Assembly: GCA_009602735.1 (NCBI GenBank) | Contig: WELA01000881.1 | Span: 194,861-258,860 of the forward strand | DNA length: 64,000 bases | Direction: 5' to 3' | Source: Mesotaenium endlicherianum | Lineage: Eukaryota | Shown: one piece after another, positions 13,287 to 26,416 of the stretch | How the letters are laid out: each line of letters starts with the position of its first letter | Position numbering within the stretch: the stretch's first letter is position 1 | The notes under the pieces: model-generated | Database searches by the model: none | Told to the model about the DNA's origin: nothing | What the model saw: only the letters and a program-made list of their open reading frames with translations | Program-made: the position numbers and the translations under genes

Positions 13287-13909
13287 AGAGGAGTCTAATC
13301 GTGCTGAGGCACAAACCCTCGTTACATCCCCCACTCTACAGCAGACTGGAAGTGCCATTGCACAGGCGACCCTGTTGCAGCCAAGGGATACCAGCCCACC
13401 AAGGGACCGCAATCTCCAGTGGCTCGGGAGTTTCAGCAGGAGGAGTCCCACCCCAGGAGGTGAGACTCAATCAGACAAAGCAGTCAGAAGGGCTGCCAAG
13501 GAGGCAGCCAGTGGGCAACCAGCATCCCTCTCTCATAGAGGACATGTACTTTTAGCCCATATCATGCAGCACCTTTTCGGTATGCTAGTATATGTCCTTG
13601 TCAGTTTGAGAGCTGCACAAGAGAGAGCGGTCTCCATCAACTTGAAGACAGTGCAAGAGCAGGCTGCCCAGTTAGTTACTGCGTTCACCCCTTGGTTCAC
13701 CCTGGTCTGAGCCTCCAGGTTTCGGGACACCATCAGACAAAAGAAGAAGTTCCGATTCCAGGTCTTGCTCCCCAGAAGACTGAGCCCCTGGTACTTAGTT
13801 TGCTATTGTCTTTGTTCAGATTCAGTTGGTTGTGTTGCATGTGTGTTACTTTTTTGTACATCATAGTAGGAAGTGTTATCGAGTCACCAACAATTTACGT
13901 TAAAGGGAT

Positions 13910-14653
13910 TATAATGAACCAATATATTGGATAGGTATAATGTTCATTCAGATGTAATAGTTAAATAAGTTCCGCCTGCTGAACTTTAGTTAATATTTTG
14001 TCTACTGGATTTAAGTTCACTGGATACTTGATACTTAGTTAAATGACTCAGCCAAGAGTAGCAGGCTGAAGTCCATTAGGTTAGCCCGTTGACTTGTGTC
14101 AGCTTGCTCACACATTCTTTGACAGTCAGATGGCTGTCGTACTCGGTAACAACGAACTTCCTAGCTATGCATCTAAGTGTAGGTGTGCTAGATGAGTGGC
14201 CAGAAAACACCCTTAAGGTGGATGGCAATTCGGGATGATGGGAGATGGCTGTGGATTTGGTTAGCCGAGGTCCTACCAACGTGGTTTACTCCTAGGTAGG
14301 TGGTGCCATCGCACTTGCCGTTGAACAGTAAAGTCATTCCATGTACATATGCTTGGTCTCAAGTTTGGCATTTGGAAACGAGGCCAACTCTCTTGTACTG
14401 CTTACTGAGAGACATCTGAATCCAAGCCGAGAAGCCATTGATACGCACTGACTTCTAGCCTTGCTTATGTATGAGTTTACTGATTGCATTAATGATGCTA
14501 GTTTACTTGCATTTGACTTGTGAGTATTGTTCATTGCCAGTGTGTTTGTCTTTTGCTGTTTAATTAGTTAACAGAAAATACCATAAGGATTACTCGCTGA
14601 CATGAAGATCTTTATTAATAATTTAACGTCTATGGGTAAGTCGATTCATTTCA
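13910..14653 (+). repeat. 3' LTR of second decayed family-A copy
   Basis: TATAATGAA (TGT decayed to TAT) after a PPT-like GTTAAAGGGAT; ends GATTCATTTCA. Confidence 0.88.
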
Positions 14654-15239
14654 CTGTGCAGTATTTGAAATAAAGACAACTTATCATAACCTTATCAATT
14701 CGTAATTAATTAGATTATGTCGTGCCTAAAATTGCTTAGAACTGATCGGAGCGTACCGACGCTTACAAACGTGCGGGTGGGAGTACGTTCGTGTGTGCGT
14801 GCAACTATGAGTGCGAACGTACAGGCGGCTTGTGACCGTATATTCTATATTTAGAGCTGCTCTTGGGCAACAGGTAGAGCGCTAAGGTAAGATTATCATG
14901 CGGGGGTACTGTGTGAGGGCGTACATGCGTGAGTGCGCCCGTGCGTGCATTGATTCGTGCAACGATGCGTCTGAGCATGAAAAGCACGCCAACATGAGTG
15001 CAAACAGCCATGCGTACACTTTGAGCATTTGTGCATAGATACGTGTGTGATGTGTATAGTCGTATCTGTGAGCAAGTATTTCTCCGTGCACATGGCCACT
15101 TCAAAGGATTTTTATCTTGGGTTAATGACTGGCGTTGATCAAAAACATTGACAATCATATCCGCAACAATGAAAGTAAAACTAAAGTAATTAATCACTGA
15201 TTAATTACCTTATTCCTTCATATTTAATTGAGGTAACGT

Positions 15240-15471
15240 TATGATTAATTATGTCGTACTATTGCGAAGTAAGCAAATTATTTTACGATGCTTTTTGCAA
15301 TAGCATCTTGGTCGTTTCGCCAATCGACCAGGAATTAGTCTGCACACGTGTGTGGCGATTAATTCAGTAAGATGCAATCACATATCAAATAATGTATCGA
15401 TGAATAGTGTAACGTTTTTTAGGTAATCAGGAAAGCGTCCCAAATACGCCTACAAAGCTCAAATTGTTACA
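15240..15471 (-). repeat. Second copy of the LTR terminus seen at ~6045-6276
   Basis: Collinear similarity (CTATTGCGAAGTAA, CTTGGTCGTTTCGC, CGTCCCAA.TACGCCTA, AGCTCAAATTGTTACA), ending at the same TGTTACA boundary. Confidence 0.8.
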
Positions 15472-16940
15472 CTTACAAATATGTATGAAATCGCTATTTT
15501 GGACAGAAATCTTATGTCACTCACTCACTATCTGTCCTTTCATCTCTTTCTCTCTTTCTCTCCTTTTCTCACTCTGTAAATAATTAGAGAAAATTAGAAT
15601 TTCAATTGATCTTAGTTAATTATAAAATTAATAATAAGGTGGCTGAATATGTGTTGTATTTCATTTATTTCGTGGACGATGGCGTAACGATTCGCTCGTA
15701 TTCCACAAGTAAATTGTTTCCATTGTAGATCTTGCTGTACATGTGCACATCTTGAGCTAAGATGCAAGTGAATATTTGCAAAAATTGTTTGACTAGTTGA
15801 CCGTATTCTAAATCCGAAGTTTTTCTTAAAAATATCTTTACACAATCAAATCAATATCATGGAGATTTTATGCAAGTACGAGTATAAATCTTTCACTCTT
15901 TCATACAAGCACCATCTCCAAACAATTGGCAATTTCTCATTCAAGCGTGCGCATTAAACATGTACACAAACACAGGAGCAAAAGCATTATTTAAATCGCA
16001 TCTTTGCATGCAAGCGTCCATATGCAACTACACACTCACTAATTTTGCAAGCGCGCTTGTACATACACCGCACACGTATCCATGCATACACACTCAAGCA
16101 TATATGCATGCACCTATGCATAAACACTCGCGTGCTTTGCATGCGTAGACGCACCGTTGCATGGATTCATGCGCACATATTTGCATCATGCACTCACGCA
16201 CGCGCGCCATTACGTCCTTTACATAGGATAACATCCATCATTTACCTATTCCACTCTGTTTTCAGTTGAAAGTGCAGTCCCAAAGAATCTGAGGTGCCGC
16301 ATGTACACTCGCACGTATGCGCTTAAAGACACTTACGAGCATCCACACGCACGCTTGCGAGCGTCGGTCCGTATCCAGCAATTTCCAGCAATTTTAATTA
16401 GTTCATGGTGTACCGTGCTTTCAAGTTGCTTTGGTGGTACCCGAATACTCTCAATCCCCCTTGCCCCACGCATGGTGGTGGACCTTTTTGGTAGCGGGTA
16501 AATGTTACCCCGCACGCTCGAGCCCTTCCCTAGGCGCACGGTAAACTGGAACCGAGGCGCACGGGCAAACGGCACCCGTCGAGATTTTCCACAAGCTGAG
16601 TCGATGTGCTTGGGCAAGCGGCCGAAGACTTCACACTATAACGGGAAAAGCTTCGCCAGAGTAGCGAAGAGTCGAGAACACGTTTTTCGACAGAGTGGCG
16701 AAGGAAACCCGACGAATCTGGGAGTATGGGTTGGAAAATTCTTACGTGGTTTGTTTCTCCATCGTTGCCAAAGAGTCGCGACAACAGTGCGCCACAAAAC
16801 CCCAGATTCGAGAGGAGGTAAACGCCCACGCTCGAAGTTGCTCGTTGTGGTCAGTCACGGACTCAAGAGGGTGTGGGTGCGCTCACAAAATCTGCCACAG
16901 GGCTCGAACACAAGCACCATCTGTCCTCCAATCTTCCGCT

Positions 16941-19900
16941 ATGGCTCTGTGTGTTACGGCAGCACAGTGGGTGCTTGTTTCAACCTTCCGTCCGACTGTA
17001 GTGAAGTCGTCCAAATATACGGTGGCATCTGCAAGTTGTCTCAGTTCTAAGAGGCAACTATTATGTGGCAATGCTCATATTTTGCAAGCAAGATCATGTC
17101 GATCTGTGTGCGTGCCGCACAAGATACGTGTGGCAGCATCTTCTGAGGACTTCGCAGCAACTCATGTTGGAAATTGCAGTAAGGAGACAGTACCAGACAG
17201 TGAACTTAGCATAACGAAGGTAATGGGGGATTGGTCCCCTTGCTCTGTAACGCTGGGGTTTGCGGGACATGTAGTCATTTTTCCCACATAGTTGTTTACG
17301 AAGTGACACGTATGGTATAATCTATCATGGTGGCGGCTTATAATAATGCTTGTTGAAAGAAATTACTCTGTTTTGATATGCTCGTGATGTGCTGGAGGTA
17401 ATTGTCTATTTGAGCTACAGATTCATCCCCGTTCGTATTGTGCTGATTTTATCATTGATGTTTGACTGACAGTCTGAAGCATCATGTTGGCTTTCTGGCC
17501 GCAAAGGCAGGAAACTGAGCTCGTAATCTTAGATTGCGGTCAATATCTGGCAATCTGCTTCTGTTGGCATTCGACTTGTCCCTTGTTCTGTGTTGGGGGG
17601 TAGTTTAAGATTCATGGAGTCTTTTCAGTTGCAAGGTTGCTGACGTAGGTACAAAATCTGATATGGCTTCCTAATTGTGTCTGGTTCATGCTGAATGCAG
17701 ACATCATTTGGCACAATTGGCCTAACGGTTGGCGTTTTCCTTCTCGCGTGAGCAGTTCCTTCTTTCTTATGCTTTCATCGGCAGGTCTAGAAAGTGATTG
17801 TGTGGCAGCCAGTGCTGCATATGTATCTCTCAAGCTACTCATATCCTCATTACTACCTGTGCACGCTTTGCTCGTGATGTCGTTATGAATTCGTAACGGC
17901 AGATTGTAATGGGTACTAAGCGCATAGAGCAGGGTCATGTGTGTTATCAAGTTCTGAGTTTTATTGACTTTGTAGTTTCTATCTGTTTAGGTTTGGGTTT
18001 GGCGCCTACTTCAATCTGCTGCCTGGTTCAGATTTCTCGGCGCTGATGCTCACTTATGGCTTTCCCCTAACACTCATTGGGTTTGCCCTCAAGGTCTGCC
18101 TGCTGGCCGCCCTCACTATCTTTGCCAATAGCACATGAATGTCTGAGGATAAGCTCGAGACCATCTTGCCGTTTTTGCACTTCACTGATTACTGCTCCTG
18201 AAATGGGGTTTAATTATAATATTGTCCTTGTACGCTGCAATTAATCTCCTGTTGCAACTCCATCTTCTACCTTTTATCCCATTCTCTTTGTCCTGGTTGT
18301 ATCACTGTTGTTGGAACGTCTGGTGGTAATTCATTATGCAGGTCTGTCAGTGAGTTTCCAGTTTGTGTTAACATTTTTCGTGTGCTTGAAAGGCCATCAG
18401 GGGCATGATGCATGTGTCATTTCTCCTGGGAGTTATGCACTTTTGGAATTAGAGGTGCTGTTCGGGTGTCCGCTGTTGCTCTCTGTGGAATCATGTATAT
18501 ACTTATGTGAGGTGCTATGTGGAATCTGGGCAGTATGCGGAGCTAAAGCCAGTTCCATGTGTATCGTACAAGGACGCGGTGGCTCTGCGGGATGTGCAGG
18601 CTACAGAGATTCTTATCCAGGTGTGTTGCTTGTCCCTTGGCACTCTTGAACGTTTTTCGATGGGCCTAATATTGAGCTGAAATAATTTGCTTATTGTGTG
18701 AAATGGTTTTCCATTTTGATTGATGGGAAGCGGTCAATTTGACCAGGCTGTTACTTTGCATTTCGTATGCCGGGGATGAGCCAGCTGGATGTTTGTTCAC
18801 CCAGTGGGGAGCTCACGTGGAGGGGCCTGGTCACGAAATTGGATGTGGTATTGTTATTGCATCTGAAGTTAGTCTTACCGGCAGAGTGGCCCTGTTGAGT
18901 TTCTCTAATTCCACTAGGCGCAATTTTAGAGCTTGGAGAGGGACAGTGGACGCCACTGCTCAACAGGTTCCCTGTAGTGAAGCTAGGTGGGATTTGTGGG
19001 AACGTGTCTGTTGGGGGTGTGAAGGAAGGTGTAAGGATGTAGGCTTTTGATATCTTGCGTACACTTATTTTGTTAGTTGTTTTCTCATAGCTGGTGCAGG
19101 CTCGCTCAAAGACTTTGATGTGATTTGAAATGGTGATTTTACTCATGTTTGCGTCAGATAGTCAAATTGCTTGTGATATTCATGCGCAGGTGAGAAGTGA
19201 CGTGACACGGTACCGCTATGGAGATGAGCAGCATTTGGAAGAGGCCCTCAAGCGCATTTTTCGCTATAACCAGGTGCCTCTCTTCATCTCCGTTTCCCTC
19301 CTTGTCCACTGTGTGTCCTTTGCTGATCATACAAGGCTTCCAGCACATCGTATTCAGGCGCTTTAACCCATTGTCAAATTATTTGAACAATCGTGTGGTC
19401 TCTTCAGGCGTGGAATATTCGCTTGTCCAGTGTCAATGGAGACACCTTAGGGAGTCTGTGTCTTTCATGGATATTACTCTAATAGAAAGTCTCTTTGTTG
19501 TGTATCTAGGCCGCGATCTGCTTTACTGATTCACTTGCAGGCAAATGCTGAGGGGGGATTTCTTATGTTGCAGTGGAAATTAGACCTGACCAGGGTCTTA
19601 TGCTGATTAGTATCCGTTTGCTTGTATTTTGTGACATGCATCAGGCAGGAGGAATTAGTAGAAGAGCAGCACCCACCCTGCAGTCCGTTTCAGAAGAGGT
19701 GGCTTGCTCGTTCCTGCTCTAAACCTGCCTCTTACCTTTCCACCCATATGTAGACGGGCTCCTTCCCTGTGTTATTTAGTTGTACCTTTGCAGCGGGTGA
19801 GGCATGTTGCTTATGTTGTGGATAGTTGTGAAACATGCCGGCATCATAAATATGTGTGCTGGCAGGGTCACCGCCTACCTGGCCCCCTTCCGTCTCTGCT

Positions 19901-20780
19901 TGGTGAGTTGTGGTGGTGGTGGTAGTATGCTTGCAGATTTATGATGGCCGGTATTCATTGGCACTGCAATTTTATGCTCCATCCCTTCAGCTTGAGGATT
20001 TCATCAGTCGGGAGGTAAGGCTTGTTACTGCCTATGTTGCACTTCGTTGGCAGGTTATGTCTCAATCGTTACTATTATTATGTCGGACGCATTCTGCCAC
20101 AAAGGCAGCTGAGCTCATCAGCGCTTCCAACTTTGCATTTCTTAGAGAGCTTCATACCCTCCATAGCTCTGTCCAGCTTGGGCTCTTCATACATGGAGGG
20201 CCTCCTTGCCTCCTGGTCTGCTCAAATATATATTTGTTGTCTGACCCACTTCGGTAGAACCTTTTTACCCCTGGTTTTTTTTATTATTTGTAAAACTCCA
20301 TGCTATGGGACTACTGTGGACATCACGTATTCTGATGCTCTCTGTTTGAACATCCAGGCAAAGTTCACGTCCTTTTTTGGGCCAGGCGTCACTGCTTTTG
20401 TTGGTGAGACCCCCGCATGATGACTCGCTTTGGTTCTCCTTGGTCTGTATTTGTACGATGTTTGGAAGTTTGAGCACACCCTGTTGTGGAGCATTGTCGT
20501 TGATGAAATTGAACATATGGCCTTTGATAAAATTGAATGTCGACAAGATTAGTCTGTTTTGTTTGCTCCGTTTAATGATACCATCTCATGTTGCAATTGG
20601 TCAAAGTAAGGTTTGTCGTTTTGGAACATCGTGTTTCTCGTGTTAGTTGGACACACTCATGCACTCAGATGATGTCATTTCATACGCAAACTATGATGAT
20701 GTGCTCTTGCAGGCTGTGTGGGTCCCCAAAAGTTTCAAGTCAGGTTGGTGTCCGATGGAGGAAAAGAATTGTCCACTTAG
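16941..20780 (+). CDS. APE1: Thylakoid DUF2854 protein, Acclimation of Photosynthesis to Environment 1 homolog, 281 aa, 9 exons
   Basis: Exons 16941-17219, 17701-17747, 17991-18093, 18534-18620, 19190-19273, 19645-19698, 19937-20014, 20358-20403, 20713-20780. All introns GT-AG, phases consistent, total 846 nt. Peptides TYGFPLTLIGFALK-YAELKPVPC, VRSDVTRYRYGDEQHLEEALKRIF, AKFTSFFGP; Ser/Ala-rich N-terminus like a transit peptide. Confidence 0.9.
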
Positions 20781-21146
20781 GTAGGTGTAGCATAAACGCT
20801 ATTATATCGTCTAGAAGTTGTGTGTTTGTGGTTTGCAGAGGTTGGGACTTACCTAAGTCTAAGCTGAATCCTTGACATGTAATTAGGAACACCCTTCACC
20901 TACATTCGTATTCTTGTAAATCTATGGGCTCACTATGCCCAAGGTAATTACCATGTCTGAATTTTGTGTTTGGGATGACAAGTGGTTGAGCACTTTTGGA
21001 GATGATAGAAGTTTATTATCATATACTGCAAAAGTTAGTAACCGTATTGGGGATTCCACGAGTTTCTATAGTGTACCATGTTCCACATCATCACCTCATT
21101 TAGTTCCCATTGAAGTTTGAGCCCATGAGACACTGGTCTCAAATAT

Positions 21147-22720
21147 TGTAGGTTTCAAGAGGAACTACGTGCGGAACCCCTCGGTGGTTATTCTTGTAAC
21201 CTGTTGGCAAGTTCCTCCTTCCTCCATGTAGCCTGTGAGCCTTTCGCTCAATACGCTCAATATTTCCAGAGATTGCTGTTTGCCACGAAAGGTATTCTAG
21301 TTGGGAACCGATAGGTCAAGCACTCAGTAGAATAGAATACTACACCTATTCAAGACGAGGATCTCTCAGTACAAGTAGTAGCTTCTTGAAAGTGAACATA
21401 TTTTTGAATTTGAAAGTACAACTCTGATTCTAGCATGTCTCTCTATGTTCAAGCTCTTGTTTATATACTTGTTATACAAGTAATTTCTAGGAAGATGCTA
21501 GTTGATGTGTTGTCACACAACACATCCGAAAATTTGCCACCTTTTTCTAAAATTATGTACACATGTCCTTTTCACCTAAAGTGGCATATTAGACTTTTGC
21601 CATATTGAGTTCGTCTAAGCCCTTCTTATTTTGATGATGCCTTTGAAGGTTGGACACGAACCAAGTCACTAGAGTATCAATTCACACTTGAAGTCACACA
21701 AAATTACGCTACCAATATTCAAAAGCATTAGAACAAAAATGAATTGATAACTTAAATCACTACATTACCCCTCCCATGGAAATAGCGACGTCTCAGCGCT
21801 TCAAATAAGGTCTTACATATGTAAAGAAGACTAGTCAAAGGCTTGGTGGTACACGTGTAAATAAGGCTAGTCAAAGTCGTGGGTTGTGCGACCCTATTGG
21901 CTCCCTACAACTTAATGATAAGGAATGTTCTACAAGAAGGCCCAAAATTTGCCACAAATTCAACAACTCATAGCGTCCACACAACAAAAATAGTCTTCAA
22001 AGAAGAGTCTGCTCAAGGCCTAAATGATGGTAAATTTTCAAGACTTATTATGGAGGAGGTAAACAGTAGTGGTGAATTGAAGTTTCAGTCTAGAATGTGG
22101 CTGATGTTACTTGCAGGCTTCTTCCCAAGAGTATTGGGATCTTCAGAGGAGTCTTGGGGCAAGTCCAAGGTGTGGGTTGGCAACATGGAAGCACCCTAGC
22201 TTTCATTGAACTTTGTCAAGGTAGTGCGCCGCAACCCAGCTATTCTCTGAATTTGGATATCCTTTCCACTTGATCAAGACTTGTTATTGCCTCGTGAATG
22301 TTCTCATAGCCAAAATGCCTTCAACTTCATACTCCAAATGATCCTTCACCATTGTTGGGGCTGGTGGGATTGTCATTCGTCTTGGGAACTTGTTGTCCGG
22401 TTGCACATATGGCTTAAAGAGAGAAGCATGGAATACCAGGTCGATGTGCACAGTGATAGGGAGCTGTAGCTTGAAAGCAACGGGGTTGACTTGCTTGATA
22501 ATCTTGAATGGTCCCAAATACTTGGGAGAGAATTTGTTTTTATCATGCCTGTTGTTCAAGGGATGTTCTTGGATGATAGTAACACATGCCACCCACTTTG
22601 TACCAAATTTCTACTCTGGACCCGTTTGCCACCCTTGCTTAACCATCTTGCGCATGTTCTGAAGATTTTTTGGTTGTTGCAAGGACTTCTTCTAATGTCT
22701 CCACAAAATCTGATGCGGCA
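21147..22720 (-). mobile_element. 3' end of another chromovirus: integrase C-terminus, chromodomain, PPT, 3' LTR (21147-21764)
   Basis: KFSPKYLGPFKIIKQVNPVAFKLQLP...FHASLFKPY and EYEVEGIL...KWKGYPNSENSW; PPT TGGGAGGGG (21776-21768); LTR termini TGTAG...CTACA. Confidence 0.85.
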
Positions 22721-24461
22721 ACAAACTTATGGAATACGTTTTTTGGCTTATACGTATTACGCATACGTACGCACGCATTTCTTGGCTGTTTGGCCGTATA
22801 ACGTGCTAAATATATGTGTCGGCGTAAAAACCGACCAATAAACCGACCGCGCGGACGACACAAAATTCAATGTGTCTGACAAAGTGACCGGAAAAACAAT
22901 TAAGTCACGTCTAGTCATCGTCGATTACGCGAAAACTCGTGGGTGAGGCGAAATCTTGTTTAAGCGCGTTACTCACTACCACCGTAGATTTCAATTACAG
23001 TTACGCGCCAGATTGAATAACTCTCTAACGTTACCCACCAACTTCCAAGGCTGCTACGATTTTACACCTGACGTCACTGCAACTGACGACTGACGAGTAC
23101 CTATTGACTTAATGACAAGTACCCATTGACTTACATCACTGAATATGGTTATTTTTTACATGAAATTTTGTTGTGAACTTGAACTTTGCACCTCACTCTT
23201 TTGACCCTAACTTTGTCGTTAATGATCGGAATATCATTTTGCATTTTTTCGCTTAAGGTTCAAGTCTGTATAGTTTGTTTGTGCCATAGATTGTACCATT
23301 TGGTCAACTGTAGCACCCTGGAGGCCAATGTTGAAATATGGGGGTTAGCTACACCATATATGGTCCAAGGACCGTATACGGTCTGATGGGATATCTAGTG
23401 TTAAGGTAGTAGACTTATCAAAAAGTGTGTATTCTGGTGGGCCATGTAGTATTAATAGTTCTTAATCTTACTCGTGCTACCATCAATTTGACAATGGACA
23501 CTTCTAAAAACTTGTAAACTAACACAGCACTCACCATTTTGTGTGCCTTTCGCACACATGTAGTATTTGGTACGAATCTGTGCTAGACTCCTAGCAAATT
23601 CCATCTTGCAAGCTCTCAATCTTGTACAAGCGACATCCCTTCTTGGGAACTCCTAAGCTCTAATCTTTCTATGATATAATGAGAGGACAATTTTTAAGCG
23701 TCGGCAGAAGCGTGGCTTCTCGGTTGCTAAATGACCTTAGGAGCTCCTCCTAAAAGGGGCAGCGTGCTCTAGTGGAAGCGTAGTAACTCACGAGGAAATG
23801 AACTAGTTGCAATCATACTAGAGAGTGCAGCGGCACATTACTAAGAAAGCTTAGCAAAATTACTCAACATTTTGAGTAGACGAAAACTGCTCACAAGTGA
23901 TGTAGAATGAAAAGCCTTGTCATTATAAACCCGTAGAAATTTACAGAAGTGTAAACTGATAAGAAATGAAGTGCTTATGCTTATCTATAGTTCTGACCTA
24001 AGTCCTCTCTAGACAAGAGGGCTGCATAGCAACGGATTTCCCTAAGTATTTGTCAAATCGTCCCTTCCAGAATATTTGTGAGTAAGCGAGATCAGTCTCA
24101 TCTGACTTAACGTCCACATACATGCATCGACATTACTAGAATGTTCTATCTTAGACGCGCTAGGCTATACCCAAACTTCTAGGTAAATCGACCTAGTCAG
24201 CACTCCGCGCCAGCCGAACTTACGTGAAGGTTCGAGTTCATTCTAACGGGCCAGATCGCTCGCAAATTAAGGACAGTCGTCAACCGACCTCAAAACTAAT
24301 TAAACTGCGAAAATCCGTAACTCTCTCAATACTTGACCAAATTCGATGAATGTTATATCGAAATGATCACAAAAATGCATTCAACACTACTATGCAATCA
24401 AAACATACTTTCATGAAACTTAAAATTGGACTTTTTTAAATCTATGATGCGCACTATGATT

Positions 24462-24680
24462 CATTGATACGCACTGTCTTCTAACCTTGCTTATGTATGA
24501 GTTTACTGATTTGCATTATTGATGCTAGTTCACTCGCATTTGACTTACGAGTATTATTCACTGCTAGTGTATTGTCCTTTGCCGTTTAACCAGTTAACGG
24601 AAAATACCATAAAGATTACTTGCTGATATAAAGATCTTTATTAATTGTTAATCGCCTTTTTGGTAAGTCGATTCATTTCA
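24462..24680 (+). repeat. 3' portion (R/U5 side) of a family-A LTR
   Basis: CATTGATACGCACTGTCTTCTAACC...GGTAAGTCGATTCATTTCA, nearly identical to 45840-46057. Confidence 0.9.
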
Positions 24681-25672
24681 TTGTGTCAACAGCTCCTTAA
24701 TCTTCTCAAAAGCTTGCTGCTCCTTATCACCCTATAGCCACTTCTCCTGCTTCTTCAACACGTCCGTGAGCGGTGCACACATCTTGGCAAATCCTTCAAT
24801 GAAACGTCGATTATAATTCGTCATGCCGAGGAAGCTCCTGAGTTGATGAATATACATTAGCGGGTATCGGCCAACCTCTGACTGCTTGCACCTTCTTCTG
24901 CTCCAGCTTGACTATTTCAGCTCCCACTATGTGCCCAAGAAACTCGACCTCCTTGAGACAGAAGTCGCACTTGCTCATCTTCCCATACAGCTTCTGATCT
25001 CTCAAGACCTCCAACACCTTCCTCAGATGCTCCACATGCTCTTCCAAGGTCTTTGAATAGATCAAGATGTCATCCAAAAATACCACCACAAACTGGTCCA
25101 AGTAGGGTCTGAAGATACTACTCATGAGTCCCATGAATGTAGCAGGTGCATTAGTCAACCCAAAAGGCATGACTGTGAACTCGAATAAACCATAGCGAGT
25201 CTTGAAAGCACTCTTTGAACGTCTCTTTTTGCAATTCGTACCTGATAATAGCTACTCTTCATATCAATCTTCGGGAAATACTTGGCCCCGACAAGCCTGT
25301 CAATCAACTCGTTTACTCGTGAAAATGGGTTTCTGATCTTGATGGTGATCTTGTTAAGTGCTCGGTAGCCGACACACATCCTCCTTCTTCACAAATAAGA
25401 TTGACGCTGCAAATGGAGACTCGCTGGGTCGGATGAATTACTCCAATAACTCCTTCAGCTGCTTCTTCAACTCATCCAACTCCGCAAACGATTGACGATA
25501 GGCGTGTCTCAATGGTGGCTTGCTCCCTGGTTCCAACTCGATCTTGTGCTCCATAGCTCTCTGTGGAGGTAATAACGCATTTGAACTTATCCAACAGCGC
25601 CTTAATTTGGGCAGGCATCTCAGCAGGCTTGTTCTTCTCTTGAGCAGTTGGGCTCTGCTCCTTCCGAGCAAG

Positions 25673-26416
25673 TGTAAGGTCATAGATTTATAAAGTGCAT
25701 TTTTGAGTTTCATGAAAGTATGTTTTGATTGTATAGTAATGTAGAGTGCATTTTTGTGGTCATTTTGATATAAGGTTCATCGAATTTGGTCAAGTATTGA
25801 GAGAGTTATGGATTTCCGAAGTTTAATTAGTTTTGAGGTCGGTTAACGACTGTCCTTAATTCGCAGTGAGCGCGACCGTCGCATTGCCCGACAGCGTCGA
25901 GCGATCTGGCTCGTTAGACTGAACTCGAACCTTCACGTAAGTTCGGCTGACGCGGAGTGCCGACTAGGTCGATTTATCTAGAAGTTTCAGTTTAGCCTAG
26001 CGCGTCTAACATAGAATATTCTAGTAATGTCGATGCATGTATGTGGACGTCAATTCGGCCCGACACGTCAGATTAGACTGATCTCGCTTACTCACGAATA
26101 TTCTGGAAGGGACGATTTGACGAACACCTAATAAAATCCGTAGCTTCCTCCTAGGGAGGAGAACTTAGGCAGAAAATTATAAATAGGCATAACTTCTTTG
26201 TTTCTTATCAGTTTTCACTTCTGTAAATTTCTACGGGTTGGTAATGACAAGGCCTTTTATCCTACATCATTTTTGAGCAGTTTCTTGCTACTCAAAATGT
26301 CAAGTATGTTTCCTAAGCTTTGTTAGTGATATGCCGCTGCACTCTCTAGTATGATTGCAACTAGTTCCTTTCCTCGTGAGTCACTACGCTTCCACTAGGG
26401 CACTCTGCCCCTTTCA
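25673..26416 (+). mobile_element. Solo LTR, family C, TSD GCAAG, inserted in opposite orientation into pol of its own family
   Basis: TGTAAGGTCATAG...CCCCTTTCA flanked by GCAAG (25668-25672 and 26417-26421). Confidence 0.93.

Larger units (their letters stand above)
9374..14653 (+). mobile_element. Decayed, internally deleted family-A chromovirus
   Basis: Gag fragment ([12 protein letters not shown], 9374-9545) is joined to pol (GASDGQTNLAPTSAL). RT, RNase H and integrase are collinear with 48150-51170 but carry many stops. ORF3 C-terminal relic at 13292-13780 and 3' LTR at 13910-14653. Interrupted by a family-C solo LTR. Confidence 0.9.

Noticed and set aside
16502..17050. 182-aa ORF and the upstream extension of ORF 16695
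   Set aside because: They use non-ATG or out-of-frame starts overlapping the APE1 promoter and exon 1; ATG 16941 gives a normal transit peptide and protein length.
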